Virus record (IMG/VR): IMGVR_UViG_3300038443_000233
Span: 1-64,000 of that record
Source of the DNA: a virus
Lineage: Duplodnaviria > Heunggongvirae > Uroviricota > Caudoviricetes
Reading direction: 5' to 3' (one strand)
Length of the DNA stretch: 64,000 nucleotides
Shown here: positions 55,215 to 64,000 of the stretch, one piece after another
Layout: every line of letters starts with the position of its first letter
How positions within the stretch are numbered: position 1 is the first letter of the stretch
Translations under genes and position numbers: made by a program
Notes under the pieces: generated by a model
Told to the model about the DNA's origin: nothing
The model's input: the letters and a program-made list of their open reading frames with translations, nothing else
Database searches by the model: none

Positions 55215-55233
55215 TTTAACAAAGGAGTAACAA

Positions 55234-55722
55234 ATGGCTGTTTCAAAAGTACGTACCAGTGCTGGTACAACCCTGTTCATCTCGGGCACTGGTTCGGCGC
55301 CTACTGCCGCTCCGGCTGGTCTTGCTACCACGTACGACGCTGCCACCTTCGCCGGAGCATCGTACATCGCCATCGGTGAACTAACTGATCTTGGCTCATT
55401 CGGTAAGAAGTACAACCTAGTGTCGTTTAACCCGCTAGGCTCACGTCAAACCGTTAAGCGTAAAGGTTCGTTTAACAACGGCACCCTGCAACTGAAGATG
55501 GGTGATTCGATTCTGGATAATGGTCAGATCGCTATCAAAGCCGCTTCGGACCAAGACGTATCGTACGCGTTCAAAGTTGTCACCCAGTCGGGAACGACCT
55601 ACTACTTCACCGGACAGGTGATGGGATGGACGCTGGAAGTTGGATCGGTTGACCAGATCACCGGCCTGACTGTTGACGTTGAAATCGACAACGACATCGT
55701 TACGACGAACCAAACCGCGTAA
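55234..55722 (+). CDS. major tail (tube) protein
   Basis: 162 aa with an 'aaaggag' RBS, followed by a strong terminator and then a promoter. Confidence 0.55.
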   Translation: MAVSKVRTSAGTTLFISGTGSAPTAAPAGLATTYDAATFAGASYIAIGELTDLGSFGKKYNLVSFNPLGSRQTVKRKGSFNNGTLQLKMGDSILDNGQIAIKAASDQDVSYAFKVVTQSGTTYYFTGQVMGWTLEVGSVDQITGLTVDVEIDNDIVTTNQTA

Positions 55723-55728
55723 TGGATG

Positions 55729-55751
55729 GCCGACCTTCGGGTCGGCTTTTT
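55729..55751 (+). terminator. intrinsic terminator
   Basis: The stem GGCCGACC-ttcg-GGTCGGC is followed by ttttt. Confidence 0.75.
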
Positions 55752-55785
55752 ACTAACATAGTTTAGTACGTAGTGATACCAAAAT

Positions 55786-55814
55786 TTGACAAAGTGTGGT
55801 ACGTAGTGTACAAT
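55786..55814 (+). promoter_or_regulatory. promoter TTGACA-17-TACAAT (spacer GTACGTAGTG)
   Basis: It lies upstream of the chaperone and tape-measure genes. Confidence 0.55.
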
Positions 55815-55894
55815 CGTTGGTATCTGCGTAGCGAGCTACGTTAGTAAAAATACAGGCAATAACTGCCGCAACCTACCATGAAAAGGAATATACC

Positions 55895-56305
55895 ATGTTT
55901 GACGTAAAAAGCCTAGCAATCAAGGAATCGACTGTTCTGCATCTGAAGAACCCGTTCACCGACGAACCGCTGTACGTGAACGACAAAGGCGAACTGGACC
56001 CGAAAGGTACTAACCCCGTCACCGTCACCGTCGCCTCAACCGGATCGCGTGAGTACCGTCTAGCTGTGAACGCAATGATTAACCGCAGCATCAAGCGCGG
56101 CAATAAGAAGCTGAACGCTGAGGAACAAAAAGCAGAAGGCATCGAACTGCTGGTGGCATGCTGCATCGACTCGGAGAATCTGTCGTATGATGGAGAGCCG
56201 GTCAAATCGGACGCACAATTCCGTGCAATGTTGGGCGACGATTCCATCGGATTCATCAAAGCGCAGATTGACGAAGCACTGGGTACTATCGAGCTTTTCA
56301 AGTAA
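55895..56305 (+). CDS. tail assembly chaperone (gpG-like)
   Basis: 136 aa, located upstream of the tape measure gene. Confidence 0.55.
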   Translation: MFDVKSLAIKESTVLHLKNPFTDEPLYVNDKGELDPKGTNPVTVTVASTGSREYRLAVNAMINRSIKRGNKKLNAEEQKAEGIELLVACCIDSENLSYDGEPVKSDAQFRAMLGDDSIGFIKAQIDEALGTIELFK

Positions 56306-56856
56306 CAGTCGATGAGGCTGAACTTTTTGTTCGACAGGAAGCGTACTACAACGCTGTCCCAGAAGGTCAAAAACTCAGCCGGTCGGAGCAAATAAGGCGG
56401 GCAGCATTAGGTGATATTGTCCCGCTGGACGACTCCGGGGAAAAGGCCGAAGACGGTTCACTCCCCGACACGCTGGATGTATCAGTTCAAGAGCTACGAG
56501 AAATTCCAATGCCCGATGTATCGGAAGCAGCGGGGTATCTCGTAGCTCTTTTGCATTCTGCCGGGGTAGCGAGCACTAATGGAATGGGGCTGTCTGGTCT
56601 GTCGTGGCAAGAGATTGAATCGTGGGCAAGATGTAACGATATGGTTGGAATTTTGACCCCTAAAGAATATAGGGCAATCTACAACCTTAGCAGGGCGTAT
56701 GTAGCAGAGCACTCGGTAGCATCGAAGAAAGGTGCAAAACCTCCGTATGTTAAAGTGGAGCCGAAAGAAGCAAAAGACGAAGTTGTGCGCAAGATGGTGG
56801 AGACGAAAGTGGAAGACGTATTCGCATCCATGCTTTCTGCACAAAAACGAGAGTGA
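56272..56856 (+). CDS. -1 frame extension ORF (gpGT-like frameshift product candidate)
   Basis: The -1 frame is open from 56272 through 56856 and overlaps the last ~34 nt of the chaperone gene. A U-rich tract CTTTTC lies at ~56294-56299, just before its stop. Confidence 0.35.
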   Translation, partial: RSTGYYRAFQVTVDEAELFVRQEAYYNAVPEGQKLSRSEQIRRAALGDIVPLDDSGEKAEDGSLPDTLDVSVQELREIPMPDVSEAAGYLVALLHSAGVASTNGMGLSGLSWQEIESWARCNDMVGILTPKEYRAIYNLSRAYVAEHSVASKKGAKPPYVKVEPKEAKDEVVRKMVETKVEDVFASMLSAQKRE

Positions 56857-56888
56857 TAGGCCGAAAGGTCGTTTTATAAGGAACGGGA

Positions 56889-59800
56889 ATGGCAACACAA
56901 GATATTAGCCAACTTGTCGTAGACGTTAAGAGCCAAGGTATCCAAACTGCTGCAAAGCAATTGGATAAACTCGCTACGTCTGCTGACAATGCCGAAGCCG
57001 CTGTAAAGAAGTTGGGAACCGCCGTCGTCGGCACGAATGGTACGTTGTCAGGTGGAGTAGCAAATGCTACAGCCCTTGTTTCGTCTATGACGGCTCTGAC
57101 AGCAGTTCTCGAACGTATGGCGCAGAGCCAAACGCGTGCTGCGGCGTCGGCACGTGTCAATAACGAAGCTATGGCGGAGGCCCATGCGCTTGCGCGTGGT
57201 CTTTCGGGGTCGCTAGGAGCGCTATGGGTCACGTACGGCAACCTTGCTGGTATGGGTGTCGGTATTGCTCTAGGTGCGTCCCTGAAGGGCGTTATCGGTG
57301 TTGGAAAGGATGTCGAGCAAACGCTTGAAGGTATTCGCGTTCTAGGTGGCGCAACGACAACCGAGATGGTCAAGATGTCTGATGCCATCAACTCTCTTGG
57401 TACTGGAACTAGCGGTCCAAAAGAAGTTGCTGAAGCGCTGAAAACCTTGACGCTGGCAGGTTTGAATGCTGAGCAATCCCTGAAGGGCGTAGGTGCGGCA
57501 CTTAACCTCGCTATCGGGGGAGAAGTATCTATCGAGAAATCGGCAGAGACGCTTGTGCAGGTTGGATCAGCTCTAGGATATACGGCGGAAAGTTTCGATC
57601 ACATTTCTGACGTTATCGTGAAAACCGCTGCTGCGTCGATGTCCAGCGTTGACAGTATTTCGGGGGCTTTCAAATCAGCAGCAGCGGTTGGCACTACATA
57701 CGGCGCTTCGTTGCAGGACATCGCTGTCGGCCTTGCTGCTGTGGCTAACCTTGGCATCCAAGGTACTGCTGCTGGTACGGCCCTGAAGAACCTATACAAA
57801 GACCTGTCTGCCTCAACGCAGAAAGTAACGCAGACGTTGAAGGACATGCATATGTCCATTAGCAGCTTCCGTGACGCGCAAGGTTTCATGCTTCCGCTGG
57901 TAGAAGTGATTCAAAAGCTGGACGAAGGGTTTAACAGGCTCAGCACTGGAGCCCGTAACATGGCGATGGTGAAGATGTTCGGTCAACAAGGTCTGCGTGA
58001 AGGCGCGGCCCTTATTTCGTTGCTACACCAAGCAGCCGATGACACCGAAAGGTACGGTACTAAAGTTGATAGCACTCACAACAAACTGGTTGAGCTTCAA
58101 GATCAGATCAAAGAGTCTGCTGCAACTGCCAAGCTCGCCGCTATCGCGATGTCTCAGACAACGGAAAACCAGTTCAAGTCTGTAAAGAACACTCTTGAAA
58201 CGACGTTCAGCCAAGTGTTCACGCAAATCCAACCTCAGATCGGGGCAATCGCACGAGCGCTAAAGGAAGCTTTTGCTTCGGAAGAATTCAAGAGCGGCCT
58301 GAAAACCGTTATCAGTCTTCTTGTCGATTTCACGAAAGTGCTGTTCGATAATGCAGCGCTTCTCCGTGACGTGGCGTTCGGCATGGCAGGCGCTAAGTTC
58401 TTGGAAATGGCGTCTGGTATTCGTGCAGCAGCCGGTGCAGCAGCTACGTTCAATGCAGCTCTAGGTCCGATTGGTGTCGCCATTGCAGCTTTGACATTCG
58501 CTTGGCAGATGTATAAGCAGGCGAAAGACCGTGCCCTGAGCAACAAGGATGCTGAAGGTAATTTGACAGACTACGTAAAAGAAGTCGAAAAGGAAACCGA
58601 GAAACAAACGAGCCTGTACAATCTCCGTGTTAAGTATGGTTCTGACGCTGCTGCACAGCGCGCACAGGAAGCAAAGGAGCGTAGGGAAGCTTCTCAGAAA
58701 GCAATTGATGACGCTAAAGCAGGCGTGAACGCGCTCCTGAAAGTCCGTGACGATTACTTGGCTAAGATGTCGGGGAGCGAGAGAGCGAAAGCTGAAGCTA
58801 TTCTGAAGTTGGATGAGGAAGGGCAGAAAGCAGCGCTAGAAAAGCGTAAGTTTTTCGGGCAGCAGGGTTTGTTTGATAATATTGCTAACGCAGTGTCTGC
58901 GAACATTGCATACGCGGAGTCTAGCCGTAAAGTGGCTATTCAAACCGAGAATGCAAAGAAAGCCGTCGAAGGGCTTATCGGAGCTGCGGGGAAGAACGCC
59001 GACTGGTCCGATGCAGAGGCTAAGAAGAACCGCATCATCTCTCCCGGAGATGGTCAATTGTCGGGGAAGGTAGATACGAAAGCTCTGAATGCAGCGTACA
59101 ACGAGGCCATCACTGCGCAACAAGACATCATCAAAGCAGCCAGCCAAGCACTCGCTAACTTCCGCGAACAGGAGCAAGCAAAGTTCAAGGCAGGGCAAAT
59201 CGGCCAGATTCAGATGATTAACGAAGTGGCTGATGCTGAAGTTGAAGCAGCTACTAAAACCGCTGAAGCAGCTCGTGCCGCTCAAAGGAAAGCCGAAAGC
59301 ACTCCCAACAAGCAAGCCGATGCAGAGCGATTCAAAGCTGAAGCTGAACGGGCTGAAGTTGATTACGTTCAAGCTCAGAAAATGAGGAATCAGAACATTT
59401 TGGCAGCACAACGCCAGATGGAAGAAGACTCTGTACGATTGAAAGTGAAATCACTGGAAGATCAGGGAAGGTTTGTAGAAGCTGCTGAATTGAAGTGGTC
59501 GCAAGAAGGCCGTGTTGCGTTGGAGCAGGCTAGAGCTGATCTTGCAAAATACGGAGACGCGTATCCTGAACTTGCTGAAAAAGTTAAAGCTTTCGAAGCA
59601 GTACAACGAGATGCTATGAACTCGGCACAAGTTAAGGAAGACGCTAACGATTTCAACACTACGCTGATTGAGCTTCAAGGTACACTGAAAGGTTTTAAGT
59701 CAGAGTCATATGGTCGCAGTATTGGTGGAATCTTTACCGCTGCTACGAAGGCTTCTGAAGACTATCAGAAGAAGCTTGAAGAGCTAAAGACAAAACGTAA

Positions 59801-62441
59801 CGCATTGTGGGCAGATGCAGTCCTTAAAGGTGATCCAACGGCTAAAAAAGCGCTGGCAGAAGCCGACAAGGAAATGGCTGCAATGGCGGACAAGCAGAAG
59901 GGTATGTGGCAGGAAGTCGGTGATACGATTTCTAAGTCGCTTGGAGACGCTTTCGGTACTGCTGGCACAGCGCTTGGAGATTTGTTCAAAGCTACACTTG
60001 AATACCAAAACACTGAAAACGCTTCAGCAGAAGATCGTATGAAGCAGTATGGAGACATGGCCCAAGCAGCTAGCGGATTCTTCGACAAACAATCGAAGGG
60101 CTACCGTGTGCTGAATGGTATCGCTCAAGTCTTCCACGTGGCTCAGATGGCCCGTACGATGATGCAAACCGCTGCTTCGGTAGCGGCTGGTGCTGCGCAA
60201 TTCTTTGCACAGTCTGGATGGGGCGGATTCGCTGGTGTGGCGGCTATGGGTGCAGTGATGGCAGGGCTTGGATACGCAATGTCGGGTGCAAGCACGCACG
60301 GAGCTGATCCGACCATGGACGCCGAGTACGTACAGAAGCATCAAGGTACTGGTACGGTTCTTGGGGACGCAGACGCTAAGTCGAAATCTATCACGGATTC
60401 TATCTCTGAGCTGAAATCGAACTCGGATATGATGCTTCCGCTGACACAAGGAATGCTGAATTCGCTGCACAATATCGAAGACTCTATGAAAGGGCTTGCG
60501 AAGCTGGCAGTGCAAAGTGGTATTACTACCGGCCAAAACATGGGGATCGACACGTATAGCAACAAGAGTAGTATTTCTTGGGGCACTGCTGTTTTGCTGG
60601 GAGGCGTTACAGCCCCACTTGTGAAATGGCTTGGCGGGTTGTGGGGTAAATCATCGCAGGAAATCACTGACTCTGGGTTGCAATTCGGGGGACGTGTATC
60701 TGATCTGCAAGCTGGCCGTGGTTTCAACCAGTATGCAAACGTGAAGACATCTTCTTCAAGCTGGTTCGGTCTGTCGAAGAGCAGCAGCAATTCGGTTCAA
60801 ACTCAAGGATTGAGTTCGGACATTTCGGCCCAGTTCGGTCTGGTGTTTAGTAACCTCGAAGACGCACTGAAAGGTGCTGCTGGAGCATTGGGTACAAACA
60901 GCGATGCAGTCGGACGTGCGATTGATAACGTGGTTCTCAAGACTACGAAAATCTCGCTGAAAGACCTGAAGGGCCAAGAGCTGACAGACGCAATCAACAA
61001 CGTCCTGTCGAGCGCAATGGACCAGATCGCAACAGCCGTCTACCCGCAGATGCAGCAGTTCCAGCAAATCGGAGAAGGTTACGCTCAAACGGTTGTCCGT
61101 GTTGCCTCTGGTGTCGAACAAGCTAAAAATGCGTTGGAACAACTTGGTGTAACGGCTGTAAATTACGCAGACTTGACCAACAAACAGGGTGATGTAGCTT
61201 CAGAGATCGTGAAGCAAAGCCTGTTGGACAAGGAGACGACGACTCGTGTCATTGGTACGATGGATAAGTCTCAGCTTGGCGGTGTGCTAGGGAACATTTT
61301 CAAGCATTTCGGTGGAACCACTGTAACGATCCTTCAGAAAGACCTGTCCGGTATCGGGGAAATCATTAAGAACATGACTGGCAGCGTTGAAGAACTGACT
61401 GCTGCGTACAAAGCTCTTGATGCCATCCGTACTCAGATGAATCTGATCGGCTTGAACGGTAACGGTTTGAACTTGGATATGGTGAAGGGTGCAGGCGGAG
61501 TGTTGCAGCTTCAGTCAGCAGTCAATACATACCAAGACAAATACTTTACAGATCAAGAGAAGTCTGCTATAATGCTGAAGTCCGTAACTGCTGAGTTCGC
61601 AAAACTTGGCGTTGCACTTCCACCTACACGTGCGAACCTTCGATCACTGATTGAGGAAGCGAGCAATAGCAATCCTAAGCTGGCTGGACAGTTGCTTGCA
61701 CTGTCTGGGGATTACGACAAGCTGATGTCAGCGGCAGAAGATGCTAACAAAGCTACGACTGATACGCTGAACAACACAATCGACGGCCTGAAATCATTCA
61801 GGGATGCGTTGAAGAGCTTGAAAGACTCTTTGGCTCTTGGGGATTTGTCGATCCTGACGCCGATGCAGAAATTCCTAGAAGCACAGCGCCAATACGAAGA
61901 TACGGTAGCAAAAGCTAAAGCGGGTGACGCTACAGCTCAAGGTAACGTTTCTGCGACGGCTCAAGCTTATCTGGATGCTTCTCGTGTGGTCAATGCTAGT
62001 TCGCAGGCTTACACCGATACGTACAATCAGGTCATGACGGACATCGACAAACTCGGTGCATCCGCTGATACGCAATTGTCAAACGCTGAAAAGCAATTGG
62101 CAGCTTTGCAGGATCAGGTAACAGCTCTGGATGCATTGAACGCTACGGCGTCCAACATGGCATCAAGCCTTACAACGATTGCTACGAACTCTTCGGCCCC
62201 GGTTACATCTACTGGGACTGTTGCGGTGGATACGTCGGAGCTACAGGCAGAGATTAAAGACCTGAAGCAGCAATTGGCTGATGCCCAGACTGCTAATGCG
62301 CAAGCACTGGCTAACCTGACAGCAGCTTTGTTCGACGCAAATGCTCAGGGTGCAAAAACTATCTCTGACGCTGTGAAGGGAACTGCTTCCGCATCTGACT
62401 TCATTCAGCAAACAATTAAGAAAGTCCTATCAGAAAGGTAA
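56889..62441 (+). CDS. tape measure protein
   Basis: 1850 aa, Ala-rich with coiled-coil segments, in the canonical position. Confidence 0.85.
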   Translation: MATQDISQLVVDVKSQGIQTAAKQLDKLATSADNAEAAVKKLGTAVVGTNGTLSGGVANATALVSSMTALTAVLERMAQSQTRAAASARVNNEAMAEAHALARGLSGSLGALWVTYGNLAGMGVGIALGASLKGVIGVGKDVEQTLEGIRVLGGATTTEMVKMSDAINSLGTGTSGPKEVAEALKTLTLAGLNAEQSLKGVGAALNLAIGGEVSIEKSAETLVQVGSALGYTAESFDHISDVIVKTAAASMSSVDSISGAFKSAAAVGTTYGASLQDIAVGLAAVANLGIQGTAAGTALKNLYKDLSASTQKVTQTLKDMHMSISSFRDAQGFMLPLVEVIQKLDEGFNRLSTGARNMAMVKMFGQQGLREGAALISLLHQAADDTERYGTKVDSTHNKLVELQDQIKESAATAKLAAIAMSQTTENQFKSVKNTLETTFSQVFTQIQPQIGAIARALKEAFASEEFKSGLKTVISLLVDFTKVLFDNAALLRDVAFGMAGAKFLEMASGIRAAAGAAATFNAALGPIGVAIAALTFAWQMYKQAKDRALSNKDAEGNLTDYVKEVEKETEKQTSLYNLRVKYGSDAAAQRAQEAKERREASQKAIDDAKAGVNALLKVRDDYLAKMSGSERAKAEAILKLDEEGQKAALEKRKFFGQQGLFDNIANAVSANIAYAESSRKVAIQTENAKKAVEGLIGAAGKNADWSDAEAKKNRIISPGDGQLSGKVDTKALNAAYNEAITAQQDIIKAASQALANFREQEQAKFKAGQIGQIQMINEVADAEVEAATKTAEAARAAQRKAESTPNKQADAERFKAEAERAEVDYVQAQKMRNQNILAAQRQMEEDSVRLKVKSLEDQGRFVEAAELKWSQEGRVALEQARADLAKYGDAYPELAEKVKAFEAVQRDAMNSAQVKEDANDFNTTLIELQGTLKGFKSESYGRSIGGIFTAATKASEDYQKKLEELKTKRNALWADAVLKGDPTAKKALAEADKEMAAMADKQKGMWQEVGDTISKSLGDAFGTAGTALGDLFKATLEYQNTENASAEDRMKQYGDMAQAASGFFDKQSKGYRVLNGIAQVFHVAQMARTMMQTAASVAAGAAQFFAQSGWGGFAGVAAMGAVMAGLGYAMSGASTHGADPTMDAEYVQKHQGTGTVLGDADAKSKSITDSISELKSNSDMMLPLTQGMLNSLHNIEDSMKGLAKLAVQSGITTGQNMGIDTYSNKSSISWGTAVLLGGVTAPLVKWLGGLWGKSSQEITDSGLQFGGRVSDLQAGRGFNQYANVKTSSSSWFGLSKSSSNSVQTQGLSSDISAQFGLVFSNLEDALKGAAGALGTNSDAVGRAIDNVVLKTTKISLKDLKGQELTDAINNVLSSAMDQIATAVYPQMQQFQQIGEGYAQTVVRVASGVEQAKNALEQLGVTAVNYADLTNKQGDVASEIVKQSLLDKETTTRVIGTMDKSQLGGVLGNIFKHFGGTTVTILQKDLSGIGEIIKNMTGSVEELTAAYKALDAIRTQMNLIGLNGNGLNLDMVKGAGGVLQLQSAVNTYQDKYFTDQEKSAIMLKSVTAEFAKLGVALPPTRANLRSLIEEASNSNPKLAGQLLALSGDYDKLMSAAEDANKATTDTLNNTIDGLKSFRDALKSLKDSLALGDLSILTPMQKFLEAQRQYEDTVAKAKAGDATAQGNVSATAQAYLDASRVVNASSQAYTDTYNQVMTDIDKLGASADTQLSNAEKQLAALQDQVTALDALNATASNMASSLTTIATNSSAPVTSTGTVAVDTSELQAEIKDLKQQLADAQTANAQALANLTAALFDANAQGAKTISDAVKGTASASDFIQQTIKKVLSER

Positions 62442-62444
62442 TAC

Positions 62445-63917
62445 ATGATCGACTATGCAGCTTGGTTGCAAGACCCGGCTGCTGTTCGAGTGGTACTAAT
62501 CGAGGTAGGGGTGCAAGTGGCCGGGTTGGAAACAACCCGGTATTTGTCTACCCGTCCTTACGTAACGTCACCAACGGACAGCCCAGCTAACCAGTATTAT
62601 GAACCCGCTGTAACTACCGGGTTCACTTACACTGAACAACTTGATATCGATGGAAGTGGTAGCATCTCTGTAGGTGATATCGAAATCGCCAACTACAGCG
62701 GAGAGCGTGACAGTTGGCTAAATGACGTATGGGATAATCGCCCACTGAAGGCTTGGATTGGCGACCCGCGTTGGGCTCGTTCCGATTTTCAAATGATTTT
62801 CAATGGCGTTGTAGCGACCATTGGCAGCAAATCTCGCGAAGTGCTGAACCTAACGCTCCGCGACAAATTGCAATATCTAAATACCCCGATCACCGACAAA
62901 ACTATCGGAGGATCAGGAGCAAATAAAGACGAAGTTATCAGCTTGACGTTCGGAGAGGTACATAATGTTACCCCTCAACTCGTTGATGCATCGACACTTA
63001 AATACCAAGTGCACGACGTCCAGATCGAAAAGATTATCGAGGTTCGGGATAATGGTATGCCGGTGAGTTATGCAACACCGGACCTTACAACTGGCACGTT
63101 CCTACTTACCCAAGCATCGGCAGGGCAAATCACTGTCTCTGTGCAAGGTGATAAAGGTGATGGAACGTACCGCAACACAATTTCAGCGCTGATCCAACGT
63201 ATCGTAACAAGCTACGGAACGGCCAGCGGCAGATTTACCACGGCAGACCTTGATACTACGAATCTGAGTACATTCGAGGCAGCTCACACGCAGCCTGTCG
63301 GGGTGTACGCAGATGGACGTACAAATGTGCTTGAGCTGTGCCAGAATCTAGCGGCAAGCGTTGGGGCTCAGCTGGTAATGTCGAGGCTTGGACAGCTCCG
63401 TCTGATTCAGTTGGCAGTGCCCGGAACTGGAACGCCGGTTCAAGTCGGCCCAGCTCAGATGGTTGAGCGTTCGTTGAAGATTAAATCCCGTCCGCTTGTA
63501 AAGGCCGGTGTTAACCTCGGATTCTGCAAGAATTGGACAGTGCAAGAAGGACTGCTTACCGCGATTCCTGACGAGCACAAGAAGCTCTACGAGATGGAAT
63601 GGCTGAATGCCATCGTAACGTCTAGTGCCGTGCAAGCAGCTTATAAACTGAACGCTGCACCAGCTCAACAAGATACCATGCTGATTCGTCGCACAGAGGC
63701 AGTAACGGAAGCACAGCGTCAGCTTGATATCTGGAGTACTCCACGTACAGTGTTCGAATTCGAAGGAACAGCGGATTTGCTGGCAACGCTTGAACTGGGT
63801 AACGCAATCACAATTACTAACCAACGATTCGGTCTTCAAAATGGAAAGACAGGTATCGTTGTTTCGCTGGCTCCTAATTGGCTGAACGGTCACGTTACAG
63901 TCGGCGTACTCGTATAA
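62445..63917 (+). CDS. tail protein (distal tail/baseplate-associated)
   Basis: 490 aa, immediately after the tape measure gene. Confidence 0.55.
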   Translation: MIDYAAWLQDPAAVRVVLIEVGVQVAGLETTRYLSTRPYVTSPTDSPANQYYEPAVTTGFTYTEQLDIDGSGSISVGDIEIANYSGERDSWLNDVWDNRPLKAWIGDPRWARSDFQMIFNGVVATIGSKSREVLNLTLRDKLQYLNTPITDKTIGGSGANKDEVISLTFGEVHNVTPQLVDASTLKYQVHDVQIEKIIEVRDNGMPVSYATPDLTTGTFLLTQASAGQITVSVQGDKGDGTYRNTISALIQRIVTSYGTASGRFTTADLDTTNLSTFEAAHTQPVGVYADGRTNVLELCQNLAASVGAQLVMSRLGQLRLIQLAVPGTGTPVQVGPAQMVERSLKIKSRPLVKAGVNLGFCKNWTVQEGLLTAIPDEHKKLYEMEWLNAIVTSSAVQAAYKLNAAPAQQDTMLIRRTEAVTEAQRQLDIWSTPRTVFEFEGTADLLATLELGNAITITNQRFGLQNGKTGIVVSLAPNWLNGHVTVGVLV

Positions 63918-63926
63918 GGACAAAAG

Positions 63927-64000
63927 ATGGCAACAACTTTGAATGACCGCGACGTGCTGTTGCAGAGTGCATCAGCTCGCGCAACAGCAGGGGGTCGCTA
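63927..64000 (+). CDS. partial CDS (MATTLNDRDVLLQSAS...), likely next tail protein
   Basis: It has an 'aaggacaaaag' RBS and runs off the window end. Confidence 0.3.
   Translation, partial: MATTLNDRDVLLQSASARATAGGR

Overview
This window looks like a contiguous piece of a tailed dsDNA bacteriophage or prophage genome (siphovirus-like late genes; the host is likely Gram-negative, judging by lipoprotein signals and sigma70-like promoters).

Layout, left to right:
(i) 1-17.9 kb, minus strand: a DNA metabolism and replication module. It holds an SPFH lipoprotein, an Rmf-like small protein, a nucleoside deoxyribosyltransferase-like protein, a family A DNA polymerase, an SF1 helicase, a T7 gp4-like primase-helicase, ThyX, a SleB-like cell-wall hydrolase, HNH endonucleases, an Rnl1-like RNA ligase and an ATP-dependent DNA ligase.
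(ii) 17.9-21.9 kb: a 3.9 kb plus-strand island flanked by ~75 bp direct repeats, containing an HNH-AP2 homing endonuclease.
(iii) 21.9-23.2 kb: a non-coding, oriC-like region with a cluster of DnaA boxes and AT-rich palindromes.
(iv) 23.2-30.1 kb: an operon of about 22 very small early genes, including several zinc-ribbon proteins.
(v) 30.1-31.6 kb: a ~1.5 kb non-coding region carrying a dense array of about 15 covarying 13-bp palindromes of the form NN-GCC-(A/T)3-GGC-N'N', plus one DnaA box.
(vi) 31.6-37 kb, minus strand: small genes, an antirepressor-like protein, a SpoT-like HD small alarmone hydrolase and a serine recombinase.
(vii) 37.1-41.75 kb: sigma70-type promoters driving an array of about 19 tRNA genes, several of them atypical, ending in an intrinsic terminator; a nuclease-like ORF sits inside the array.
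(viii) 41.8-64 kb, plus strand: the late structural module, including an SGNH-esterase tail protein, a LamG-like/Ser-Ala-Gly-rich repeat fibre, large terminase, portal, S49/ClpP-like protease, scaffold, major capsid, tail tube, frameshifted chaperones, an 1850-aa tape measure protein and a tail protein.

A conserved promoter/leader cassette recurs on both strands: TTGACA, a 17-nt spacer that often contains GTACGTAG, a -10 hexamer such as TACAAT, and the leader AACCAACCAAGGAGA. Coordinates I derived by hand-counting, mainly the tRNAs and promoters, may be off by 1-2 nt.
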